A stretch of DNA of 64,000 nucleotides from an uncultured Sulfolobales archaeon (lineage in GTDB: Archaea; Thermoproteota; Thermoprotei_A; Sulfolobales; NBVN01). The stretch is from positions 66,667 to 130,666 of the forward strand of contig CALJEN010000005.1 of assembly GCA_938073905.1 (NCBI GenBank), in the 5' to 3' direction. The translations under genes were made by a program, and so were the position numbers. Shown piece after piece: positions 9,088 through 17,990 of this stretch (within the stretch, counting starts at the first letter, position 1; each line of letters starts with the position of its first letter). The notes beneath the pieces were generated by a model. That model made no database searches and was not told the DNA's origin. It saw only the letters and a list, made by a program, of their open reading frames with translations.

Positions 9088-9762
9088 CTACGAGAGCGCT
9101 GCCGAGAATATCCTCACAAGCTCCTGCGAGACGTCCTGCGCCTTGTCCACTATCGTGTCTACGGTCCTGACGACCTCCATTAGGTGCGTGAACTCCAGGA
9201 CTCCCAGCTCTCCGGATCTAGAGTATATCTTCTCTATGGTCACGTTCTTCATGTCGTCCACCACGTCCTCCACTCGGTCTATGCGGGAGACCTCCTCCAC
9301 GGCCTTGGCCATGTCCTTGAGTATGTGCGATAGCAGGGCTTCCAGAGAGGATAGGGACTCCGCGGCCTTCTCGGCCATATCACCGGTGACCTCGTATATC
9401 TCCGCGACCGTGGGGTTCCTGGTGAGCCCCGCTTTGATCCCGCGCGCGAGCTCCATGCCGAGGAAGTATATCAGGTCTAGGATATCGTCCAGGTCGTCCA
9501 GCAGCGTCCCGAGCTCGGTGATGAGGGGAAGGGGGAACGCGCCTTTGAGGACTGAGGAAACCGCGGCGTCGTAGATGCGGTCTCCCCTCTTCTCCAGGTC
9601 TACTATCCTTGCTCTGCACTCCAAAACCTGAGAGAGGTCGAGCTTCGAGTGCTTCCTGAGCATGGCGAGCGATAGGGCCAGTGCTTCTCTTGATAGAGAC
9701 AGGTGCTCTCTGAGCGACTCTATCAGCTCCCGCTCGCCGGTCCTAAAGAGCTTCTTGAGCAC
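9088..9762 (-). CDS. DUF47 / TIGR00153 phosphate-transport-regulator-like (distant PhoU) protein
   Basis: An all-helical 224-aa protein with a typical DUF47 N-terminus (KKLFRTGERELIESLREH) and an acidic helix (LLDDLDDILD). The CTTATAAG box lies 32 nt upstream. Confidence 0.8.
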   Translation of the reverse strand: MLKKLFRTGERELIESLREHLSLSREALALSLAMLRKHSKLDLSQVLECRARIVDLEKRGDRIYDAAVSSVLKGAFPLPLITELGTLLDDLDDILDLIYFLGMELARGIKAGLTRNPTVAEIYEVTGDMAEKAAESLSSLEALLSHILKDMAKAVEEVSRIDRVEDVVDDMKNVTIEKIYSRSGELGVLEFTHLMEVVRTVDTIVDKAQDVSQELVRIFSAALS

Positions 9763-9793
9763 GGCGGACCTTGTTCAAACTGGGGTACCACCG

Positions 9794-9801
9794 CTTATAA
9801 G
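9794..9801 (-). promoter_or_regulatory. Palindromic TATA box CTTATAAG for the DUF47/PiT-like operon
   Basis: An A/T island in a GC-rich gap, 32 nt upstream of ATG 9762. This spacing implies a leaderless mRNA. Confidence 0.55.
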
Positions 9802-9954
9802 TGGTCGGGCGGTCGCGCTTCCTCCGCTCACCGACCCAGACGCGTGGCTCGCGCGAGAGCGTTCCCCACCGCTGCCAGACACCGCGGCTCTGGACGCGGG
9901 AGACCCTAGGCCGTTTATTAGCTCCACCGGTCATCTCGCTTGGCAGACCCAGCG

Positions 9955-10014
9955 GATTCGTGATGAGGGAGGTGATCTCGGACTCGGTGAGGACGCATCA
10001 ACCGGCTGAGGAAT
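9955..10014 (+). ncRNA. Candidate box C/D sRNA overlapping the 5' end of the nuclease gene (low confidence)
   Basis: C box GUGAUGA 9960-9966, 12-nt spacer, D'-like CGGA, 4 nt, C'-like GUGAGGA, 12-nt spacer, D box CUGA 10006-10009. TATA-like GTTTATTAG lies at 9913-9921. The internal boxes are degenerate and the terminal stem is weak. Confidence 0.25.
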
Positions 10015-10691
10015 TCTACCGGCTGCTGCGCCTGTTCTCCGAAAGGCCGTGCGCGAGGAGGGAGGAGCTGGACACAGACACCGCAGAAGGTCTGCTGGAG
10101 CCGGGACTGGTCTACAGAGCGGTCTCGGGGGAGCTCTGCGTCAAGTCCATGGTTCAGCTGGCAATGAGCGCGATCAGGCGGGGGTGCGACCCCAGGAAGG
10201 TCTCGGCCTACCTCAGCTGGAGAGACTTCGAGTCGTTCGTGGCAGAGGCTCTGGAGGAGGCGGGCTACGAGGTCTTCAGGAACCTCAGGTTCGGCGTGAG
10301 GAGGAGGGAGTTCGACATCCTGGCGGTGAGCGTCCCCTCGTCCCTGGGCGTTGTCGTGGACTGCAAGCACTGGTCGCCGAGGCACGCTCGCGGTAGGATC
10401 AGAGAGGCCTCGCTGGTGCACTCAGCGAAGATGAGGGAGTTCCTGGACCAGTGCGGCTACACGATTATCGACTACCCGGTTCTGAGGAGGGTCAGGGAGT
10501 TCTTCGGCGCGATCGTCACCCTGAGCGAGTCCGTCAGGGGCTCCGTCGAGGGCATCGGGATAGTGCCGATATACTACTTCGGGGACTTCGTGCGGAACCT
10601 CAGGTACTATGCCGAGGAGCTCAAGCTGCTAGCCCTGCGGAACCCCTGCTACGTCGAGGTGGACAGGTCTGCTAAGCCCGGGCAGCGGTAG
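9963..10691 (+). CDS. Winged-helix plus Mrr-cat/PD-(D/E)xK restriction-endonuclease-like protein
   Basis: WRDFESFVAEALEEAGYEV...EFDILAV...VVVDCKHW matches the Mrr_cat layout (FE..v...l...Gy, D-x(n)-(D/E/Q)xK). The start was trimmed from ORF-track 9801 to ATG 9963, because 9801 lies inside the neighbouring TATA box. Confidence 0.6.
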   Translation: MREVISDSVRTHQPAEEFYRLLRLFSERPCARREELDTDTAEGLLEPGLVYRAVSGELCVKSMVQLAMSAIRRGCDPRKVSAYLSWRDFESFVAEALEEAGYEVFRNLRFGVRRREFDILAVSVPSSLGVVVDCKHWSPRHARGRIREASLVHSAKMREFLDQCGYTIIDYPVLRRVREFFGAIVTLSESVRGSVEGIGIVPIYYFGDFVRNLRYYAEELKLLALRNPCYVEVDRSAKPGQR

Positions 10692-10758
10692 CCCGGGAGC
10701 CCGCGCGAGCACCGGCTAAAGGTGTTCGGAGATAAAACAGCTTCGGGGAACGCGGGGT

Positions 10759-11487
10759 CTACTCCAGCTTGACCCTGACTACGGCCTCGAGGAGAGCCCT
10801 CGCCGTCCTCAGCACGTACTCCCTCAGCTCCTCCGCCGTCGCGTACCCCAGGTGCTCCACTAGCGAGTCGCTGACCAGCAGCGCCGCACCGGTCTTGACG
10901 TTCCTCATCAGCCCCAGAGTGAAGAGCCCCGCGCACTCCATCTCTACGGCTATTACTCCTCTGGACGACCACTTCTTGGCGAACTCCGGGTCCTCGGCGT
11001 AGAAGGCGTCGCTGCTCACGACCGGCCCCGCGGAGTGCCTTATTCCAGCCTTCTCGAGTTCCTCGACCAGTGTTCTGACGACGTCGAAGCTGGGCACGGC
11101 GGGACAGCAGACCCACTCGCGGACGTACTGGTAGAAGGCCCCGCCCGGGTAGTACGCGGCGCCCGTGGGAACGACCACGTCCCCGATGCGCATCCCCGGC
11201 ACCATGGCACCGCACGTCCCGAACCTCACTATCAGCTTCGCTCCGACCATGGACAGCTCCTCGAACACTATCCCCGAGGATGGGAACCCGACTCCGTGAG
11301 CCGCCACGGTCACCGGCACGCCCCTGTACGCTCCCGTGTAGGTGAGGAAGGCTCTCCTGGTGTTGACCAGCCTGGGCTCCTCTAGGAGCTCCTTGACGTG
11401 CTCGACCCTAGCGGGGTCTCCGGCCACTACGACCCTCTTGGCGACTGTCTCGGGAGAGACGGTCATGTGGATGGGCTTGCCAAGCAC
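10759..11487 (-). CDS. Purine/uridine nucleoside phosphorylase (PNP_UDP_1 family)
   Basis: Family blocks are present: VVVAGDPARV, VTVAAHGVGFPS, RFGTCGA and VEMECAGLF. Confidence 0.85.
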   Translation of the reverse strand: MLGKPIHMTVSPETVAKRVVVAGDPARVEHVKELLEEPRLVNTRRAFLTYTGAYRGVPVTVAAHGVGFPSSGIVFEELSMVGAKLIVRFGTCGAMVPGMRIGDVVVPTGAAYYPGGAFYQYVREWVCCPAVPSFDVVRTLVEELEKAGIRHSAGPVVSSDAFYAEDPEFAKKWSSRGVIAVEMECAGLFTLGLMRNVKTGAALLVSDSLVEHLGYATAEELREYVLRTARALLEAVVRVKLE

Positions 11488-11542
11488 ACTTCACACCTCC
11501 GCCCCACAGCTCGGGTGCATGAGTCTGCTAAGGAGCCGGGAG

Positions 11543-11550
11543 CTTATAAG
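11543..11550 (+). promoter_or_regulatory. TATA box CTTATAAG for dcd
   Basis: Lies 35 nt upstream of GTG 11585, the first start codon after the box. Confidence 0.55.
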
Positions 11551-11584
11551 TTTTTGCCCAAGAAGGTTCGAAAGGAGGGCGCTC

Positions 11585-12103
11585 GTGATACTCTCGGACT
11601 TCGACCTGAGGGCGTACCTCGAGAGCGGCAGGCTCGGGGTCGTACCACTCTCGAGCGAGACGATCAGGGAGAACGGGCTAGACCTGAGAGTCGGAGAGGA
11701 GTACTGCCGCGTGGTAGCGAGCTCCAGGGAGCTGGCGGTTGAGGAGGACCCTCCCGAGAGCTACTACAGCTGCGGGAGAGCCGAAGACTTTCTGAGGCTG
11801 GAGCCCTCGTCCCACTACCTGCTCCACACGCTCGAATACCTTAGGATGCCGCCGGAGCTCATGGGGTTCGTCGAGCTCCGCTCGACGTTCGCTAGGCTCG
11901 GCTTCCTGATGCCACCGACGATAGTCGATGCGGGTTTCGAGGGTCAGCTGACGGTCGAGATCCTCACGCCCCCCTTCCCGGTCAGACTGAGAGTCGGGAC
12001 GAGGTTCCTGCACGTTGTGTTCGCTAAGGTCGCGACGCCGGCTAGCAGTACCTACAGAGGCAAGTACCAGGGTCAGAGGGGAGTAACGCTGCCGAAGTGG
12101 TAG
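11585..12103 (+). CDS. dcd: dCTP deaminase
   Basis: ILSDFDLRAYLESGRL...ENGLDLRVG...DAGFEGQLTVEI is typical Dcd/dUTPase-fold sequence. The start was trimmed from 11342 to the GTG downstream of the TATA box. Confidence 0.85.
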   Translation: MILSDFDLRAYLESGRLGVVPLSSETIRENGLDLRVGEEYCRVVASSRELAVEEDPPESYYSCGRAEDFLRLEPSSHYLLHTLEYLRMPPELMGFVELRSTFARLGFLMPPTIVDAGFEGQLTVEILTPPFPVRLRVGTRFLHVVFAKVATPASSTYRGKYQGQRGVTLPKW

Positions 12104-12166
12104 CGCGCCAGCCCCCGAGCCGCACCGGCCCGTACAGGGGTTCGGTCGCAGTTTCTGGGCAGCAAA

Positions 12167-12176
12167 CTTCATAATA
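12167..12176 (+). promoter_or_regulatory. A/T box CTTCATAATA preceding element copy B
   Basis: It aligns with the TTTATATA box of copy C and lies about 25 nt before the conserved body begins. Confidence 0.45.
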
Positions 12177-12196
12177 CCACTACCCAACATCAACGT

Positions 12197-12367
12197 AGGA
12201 CGGGTGTGCCCGATATGTGGCGGAGGAGAGAATAGCACCGAACGGGCACGCGAGGGTGGGCCCGGGACGTGGGGTGCTCTATCTACCTTTGTCCCCCCGG
12301 GAACCTCGGTGGCTCCCGGGGCCGGGGTGGAACGCGTAGTCACGAAGCGTTGACTACGCGGCAACGG
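12197..12367 (+). ncRNA. Copy B (best preserved) of a three-copy structured RNA-like element; family unknown
   Basis: Has several conserved helices and a terminal 10-bp hairpin at 12333-12360 (CGCGTAGTCA/TGACTACGCG). A 32-nt block (12316-12347) is identical to copy C. There is no coding signal. Confidence 0.5.
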
Positions 12368-12379
12368 TATACCCGGTCC

Positions 12380-13300
12380 CTAGAGGACTGTGGCCTCGCG
12401 TATCTTGGCCCTAATAGACTCGTCGCTCAGGTCCTCACAGCTCTTCACTCCGAGCTTGCCCGCGACGTAAGCGGCCGTCTGAACGAACCCGTTCAGGTCT
12501 CTGAATAACCTGCTGGTGTGGGAGTAGACGCACTTCCGCGATATGGGGCACGCGGTACACTCGTACCTGGCGCAGTAGACCTTCTGCGGGTATACATACT
12601 CCCCCTCTAGAAGCCCGCGCCTCTTCAGGTACCTCAGGTAGTGTATATCGACCGGCGCCCTGCTCCGGTCGAGACCGCTGTGGAGGATGAACGAGTCGGC
12701 CACCTTGGGTCCCAGGTACTTCACTTCGAGAAGCCTCCTCCTGAGAGCGCTCGAGCTCGCGGAACCGGGCGGTAGCGGCATGGTGCGAGCGATCGCGAGT
12801 AGACTGTCGACTACCTCCACGAACTGCCGGAGCTGGTAGGACCCGAACTCTCTATAGGTGGAGAGAGCGGCCTTCGCGGCCGCTCTCTCGCATCCTCCGA
12901 GAGCTTCGAGCTTACCCAGGAAGGCCCTAACCCACCTCACCGTGTTCCTGTGGTAGTCCGTGTTCCTCGAAAGGAACGCGCTAGCGAGCACCGCGAGGGC
13001 GTCCCACGGAGAGGCGGAGACGCCAAGGCAGTAGAAGCCTCTCATCAGCTCCTCCGCTACCTCCCTAGCTCTAGCCTCCAGCTCCCCGAGGCACACCTCC
13101 CTGCTTATCCAGTGTCCGGCGGCGTACTCGAGGAGCTCTCCGGAGCAGAGGCTGCCGTAGCACTTCAACCCTCCGTTCGAGCACAACCGCGTCCCCTTCC
13201 CAAAGCCGTAGACCTTCACCCAGCACTCCCCCTTCTTCCTAAACATGGGTAGCGAGAAGCTAGCGTAGAGGGTCAGGTCTAGGTCTACACGAGCCCCCAT
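12380..13300 (-). CDS. HhH-GPD superfamily DNA glycosylase with a C-terminal Cys cluster (EndoIII/Ogg-like)
   Basis: The HhH-GPD region is YLGPKVADSFILHSG...APVDIH. The C-terminal CARYECTACPISRKC has Cx4Cx2Cx5C spacing, like an Fe-S cluster loop. Confidence 0.7.
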   Translation of the reverse strand: MGARVDLDLTLYASFSLPMFRKKGECWVKVYGFGKGTRLCSNGGLKCYGSLCSGELLEYAAGHWISREVCLGELEARAREVAEELMRGFYCLGVSASPWDALAVLASAFLSRNTDYHRNTVRWVRAFLGKLEALGGCERAAAKAALSTYREFGSYQLRQFVEVVDSLLAIARTMPLPPGSASSSALRRRLLEVKYLGPKVADSFILHSGLDRSRAPVDIHYLRYLKRRGLLEGEYVYPQKVYCARYECTACPISRKCVYSHTSRLFRDLNGFVQTAAYVAGKLGVKSCEDLSDESIRAKIREATVL

Positions 13301-13392
13301 ACGCTCTCAACTCCCCCGGAGTCTAGAGCGCGTCTCCGTTTCCGCAACTATCCTACCGAGAGCCGCATTATATCTCCCTCCGAACACTGCGC

Positions 13393-14487
13393 GTGGGCTG
13401 GAGGGAGGTGCTGCTGAAGTCTCAAGCGTTGGGAGTGCTGGAGTACCTCAACAGTGTAAACTACGTGCCCACCCTCGCGGAGACCGGGAGAGCAGTGGGT
13501 CTGAGCCCCCCGACGGTCTGGAGGATCTTGAGAGACCTGAGGGACCTGGGGATCAGGTTCAAGTCCGTCGTAGACCTGGGCAGGCTGGGGCTCGTAGAGG
13601 TGCTGCTTATATACAAGACCAGGATACCCCCGAGCAGGGTTCCCAGGAAGCTCCTCAGATCCTACGTAGGGACGCTGGAGGGCGCGACGTTCCTGAAGTA
13701 CGTGAGCACGGCTCACGAGGTGGAGTCGGCGGTCAACTACGTCGTCGACTCTCTCGGGGTAGAGCCTTCGGAAGTGTACGTCATCGACGCGGTGGCCCCT
13801 CCAAGGTATTTGCTGACGCTGGTGGCCCGCGGTGCTCTAGACAGACTCTACCCGCGCGACCTCATCGCGATGGCGTCGGCCGCCCCGCCCTCGGGAAGGC
13901 CGCGGATAGCTGGCCGCGCGGACCTCATAGACATAGCCCTGGTGAACAGGCTCGAGGAGGACGCCCTGGTCAAGGTGAAGGAGGTCTACAATGACATGAA
14001 GAGGAGGCTCGGCAGAGCTCCAAGCTACCAGACGGTCCTGAGGCACCTCAGGGAACACCTAGTGGGGAGGGGTGCGATAGCCGGGCTGAGGCCTACCATA
14101 GAGAACTACGTAGAGAAGGTCGCTACCTCCACCAGAAAGCTTCTAATACTCTACGGGGTCCCGGGTCCCCTAGCCAAAGGGGTGAGAGCGGTCACGGCCA
14201 TACCGGCGTTCGCCGAGGCCTACCTGAACACGAAGGAGGGCGTGGCCTACGCCACGGGTTCTATACCCGTCGACCTGGTGCCCAGGCTCGCGAGCTTCTT
14301 GAGGATCCTAGAGTCCAGGGGCCTAGTCGGAGAGTGGAAGCTCCTCGAGATCGACCCGTCGAGTGTGCCGAGGCTTCCCATCCCCGAAGCCCTGGGAGTC
14401 ATGAGCGTCGCGGAGGTGCTCGCCGCGGATAGAGTCCCCGGAGCAGGGGCTCGGACAGGATCTTCACTTAAATCCTCAGGCCCGTAG
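13393..14487 (+). CDS. Hypothetical protein with an N-terminal winged-helix DNA-binding domain
   Basis: LAETGRAVGLSPPTVWRILRDLRDLG looks like an HTH. Codon usage is genome-typical. TATA-like CATTATATC lies about 20 nt upstream of the GTG start. Confidence 0.45.
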   Translation: MGWREVLLKSQALGVLEYLNSVNYVPTLAETGRAVGLSPPTVWRILRDLRDLGIRFKSVVDLGRLGLVEVLLIYKTRIPPSRVPRKLLRSYVGTLEGATFLKYVSTAHEVESAVNYVVDSLGVEPSEVYVIDAVAPPRYLLTLVARGALDRLYPRDLIAMASAAPPSGRPRIAGRADLIDIALVNRLEEDALVKVKEVYNDMKRRLGRAPSYQTVLRHLREHLVGRGAIAGLRPTIENYVEKVATSTRKLLILYGVPGPLAKGVRAVTAIPAFAEAYLNTKEGVAYATGSIPVDLVPRLASFLRILESRGLVGEWKLLEIDPSSVPRLPIPEALGVMSVAEVLAADRVPGAGARTGSSLKSSGP

Positions 14488-14505
14488 CTTCTACCGCGGA
14501 GAATC

Positions 14506-15120
14506 ATGTCGTGTGAGAGAAAGCTCCTAGACGTGATAGGGACCAGAGCTTCCGTCCGCAGGTTCAGACCCGATCCCGTACCGGACGAGGTTGTGGAAAG
14601 GATACTCTGGGCAGCCACCAGAGCACCGACGGCCGGTGGCCGCGAGAACTGGCTCTTCGTGGTCGTGAAGAGCGAGGAGCTGAGGAGGAGCTTCCACCGA
14701 CTGCTCGTCGAGGCTCACACCATCTACGCCAGGGAGATAGCCAAGATGCCTCCCGAGAGGATAGAGAGGTGGAGGAAGCTGATGGAGGAGGGGATGTACT
14801 TGGCCCCTCTCTACATCGCCGTCTACATAGACTCGAGCAAGCTGAGCAGCGAAAGCGGCAGCGAGGCCTTCATGGCGGAGCTCGTAATGGAGATCCAGAG
14901 CGCCGCCGCAGCCATGGAGAACGCGATACTGGCGGCCTGGTGCTTCGGCGTGGGCTCGGTGTGGATAGGCGTCCCTCTACTCGTGGAAGAGAAGTTCAGG
15001 GGTCTCCTGGGGCTACCACCGTCGTACAGGATAATGGGCGTCCTAGCTCTCGGGTACCCCCAGGAGACCCCGAGCCCGAGGCGTAGAAAGTCCCCGGAGG
15101 AGGTCAGCAAGATCGTCTAG
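14506..15120 (+). CDS. Nitroreductase-family FMN oxidoreductase
   Basis: RASVRRFRPDPVPDEVVERILWAATRAPTAGGRENW is the classical nitroreductase N-terminal block. Confidence 0.85.
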   Translation: MSCERKLLDVIGTRASVRRFRPDPVPDEVVERILWAATRAPTAGGRENWLFVVVKSEELRRSFHRLLVEAHTIYAREIAKMPPERIERWRKLMEEGMYLAPLYIAVYIDSSKLSSESGSEAFMAELVMEIQSAAAAMENAILAAWCFGVGSVWIGVPLLVEEKFRGLLGLPPSYRIMGVLALGYPQETPSPRRRKSPEEVSKIV

Positions 15121-15442
15121 AGGCCGAACCGCACACGTGCGGTTGTCCGCTGACGCGGGTGCGACAGCGCGGTTACCGAGGTTCTGCGCGGAGAGGGCAT
15201 CGGATCATCGACCGAGAGGGCTCGGGCGCGGGGTTCGGTAACGGCCCCAGCATAGCGTAAGTCTAGCCGCATCCTCGTCCCGCGGTTGCGGACGACTCCG
15301 GGCCACGCCGCACATACGTGCTGGACCGACGAAATCTCCAGGAACGGGAAGGTGCGGAACCCGCAACTCAGGTGCTGTCCCGCAAAGAGGGGCTCGTTAC
15401 GGCGGGAGTCTAGTCGAGCCGAAGCGGTTTGGGAGACGCCGG

Positions 15443-16717
15443 CTAGAAGCTGGCTATCTGAATTATCTCCTTGTGAGAGAGCTTGACCGCCCTCAAGTAC
15501 CTATAGCTTATCCTCCTGAGGTCTCTGTTGTCTCCCATGATCATCACCGTATGGAGGCGGCAGTTGGCGTCCTTGAGCTTTTTGTTCAGGGCCGATGCGG
15601 CTACCCTGTCCTCACCGTCCGTGATCAGCACTATGTCGGAGACCTCTCTAGTGGTGCCAGCGGACACGTCGTCGCAGGCCGATATTACCGCCTTGGTTAT
15701 ATCGGTCCCGCCACCGCTCTTCACCCTAGCGAGGTACTTCAGGAGCTCCACGAACTCGCGGGACTTCATCCTCCTGCCTACCCTGACCAGCTCGTGCGGG
15801 ACTCCGTCGAAGAACCTCAGGTAGAAGGCCCGACCGTCCCTCCTGCTCCTCATGAGGAGGGCCAGCAGGGTCGCCTTGGCCCAGACGATCTTCTCTCCCT
15901 CCATGCTTCCCGATTTGTCTACAAGCGCGTACACCGGGCCCAGAAGCTTCGGCAGCACCTTGTCGTAGAGGAGGAGCCTGCCCTCGGCGAGCTTTAGCCT
16001 GAAGAGCAGCTTGGGCATGGCTATCTCCGAGGGGTGCACCCTCTCCAGGTCGCCCCCTATCTCGAACCCCCTCACCTCTCCCCTACTGTACCTCTCGTAG
16101 GGTCTGAGCAGCTTCCCCGTTACGTTAGGCACCCTGCTGAGCAGCTCGAGGACGGCCCTGATGTCAGCGAGCTGGGCCAGCCTTATGATCTCCTCGCCAC
16201 CCTCCTCCAGGTCGAAGGCTGTTCCGGTGCCAGGCTCGCTACCGAAGCTCATCAGTCTCTTCATAGACTTCATCGTCTCCACGGTCTCCGATATCCTCCT
16301 GCTTATGGACTCGGCTATGCTCTTCACGTCCTCCTCTCCGAGCTCCTCGCCTTGGTCGGGGCCACCGGACGCCTGCTGGAGCTGCTCGAGAGACCTCTCG
16401 AACTCGGCGGCTATCAGCGACGCGACCAGAACGCTCAGAGAGGGGTCTCCGATGGTGCTGTACCGAGTCCTCGCGAACTCCTCGGACTCGAGGAGGGTCT
16501 TGAAGAAGACGTAGTTCCTGAAGACCTCCCCGGGGACGTCGCTAGCGTCCTTGAGCAGAGGATGCGGTAGGTACAGAGTGTAGTAGCTGTCTATGGAGAA
16601 GGTCTGGTCCACGGCCTTGGTCTTGCCGAAGATCTTCCTAACGAGCTGGAGTATCTTCTCGCCCCTGTAGAGGGCCACGGGGTCTCGGTGGTCCACACCC
16701 CTGAGGACGCTGGGCAT
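15443..16717 (-). CDS. von Willebrand factor A (vWA) domain protein, MoxR partner
   Basis: The C-terminal vWA domain has a MIDAS DxSxS motif (LVDKSGSM) and ITDGED. It lies directly downstream of the MoxR ATPase with a 1-nt gap. Confidence 0.8.
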   Translation of the reverse strand: MPSVLRGVDHRDPVALYRGEKILQLVRKIFGKTKAVDQTFSIDSYYTLYLPHPLLKDASDVPGEVFRNYVFFKTLLESEEFARTRYSTIGDPSLSVLVASLIAAEFERSLEQLQQASGGPDQGEELGEEDVKSIAESISRRISETVETMKSMKRLMSFGSEPGTGTAFDLEEGGEEIIRLAQLADIRAVLELLSRVPNVTGKLLRPYERYSRGEVRGFEIGGDLERVHPSEIAMPKLLFRLKLAEGRLLLYDKVLPKLLGPVYALVDKSGSMEGEKIVWAKATLLALLMRSRRDGRAFYLRFFDGVPHELVRVGRRMKSREFVELLKYLARVKSGGGTDITKAVISACDDVSAGTTREVSDIVLITDGEDRVAASALNKKLKDANCRLHTVMIMGDNRDLRRISYRYLRAVKLSHKEIIQIASF

Positions 16718-16718
16718 C

Positions 16719-17882
<1,164 letters not shown>

Positions 17883-17904
17883 CCGAGTGTAAAGGGTTCT
17901 TGGC

Positions 17905-17912
17905 CTTATATA
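17905..17912 (-). promoter_or_regulatory. TATA box (TATATAAG on the - strand) for the MoxR-vWA operon
   Basis: An A/T island 23 nt upstream of start 17882. Confidence 0.55.
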
Positions 17913-17990
17913 CGGGCGGACCTCCTTAGAAGCCCCGCGGGCCTCTCCTCCAAGGGAGTGTGCTCGATACGAGAGGGTCTCGGAGCGGGG

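Noticed and set aside
12313-12340. An origin recognition box (ORB)-like sequence, GGGGTGGAACGCG, within the repeated element
   Set aside because: There is no TTCCA-N-TGGAA dyad, no orc1/cdc6 gene or A/T-rich unwinding element nearby, and the copies are dispersed. This does not fit the architecture of a replication origin.
4936-12367. A composite transposon or mobile island bounded by the inverted element copies A and B
   Set aside because: The enclosed genes are housekeeping (carS, RadA paralog, PiT/DUF47, nucleoside phosphorylase, dcd) with native codon usage. I saw no transposase, integrase or target-site duplication.
15121-15442. SRP (7S) RNA in the 320-nt structured gap
   Set aside because: Neither strand has the helix-8 signature (a GNAR tetraloop flanked by the CAGG...AGCA symmetric loop) or an Alu-domain-like 5' end.
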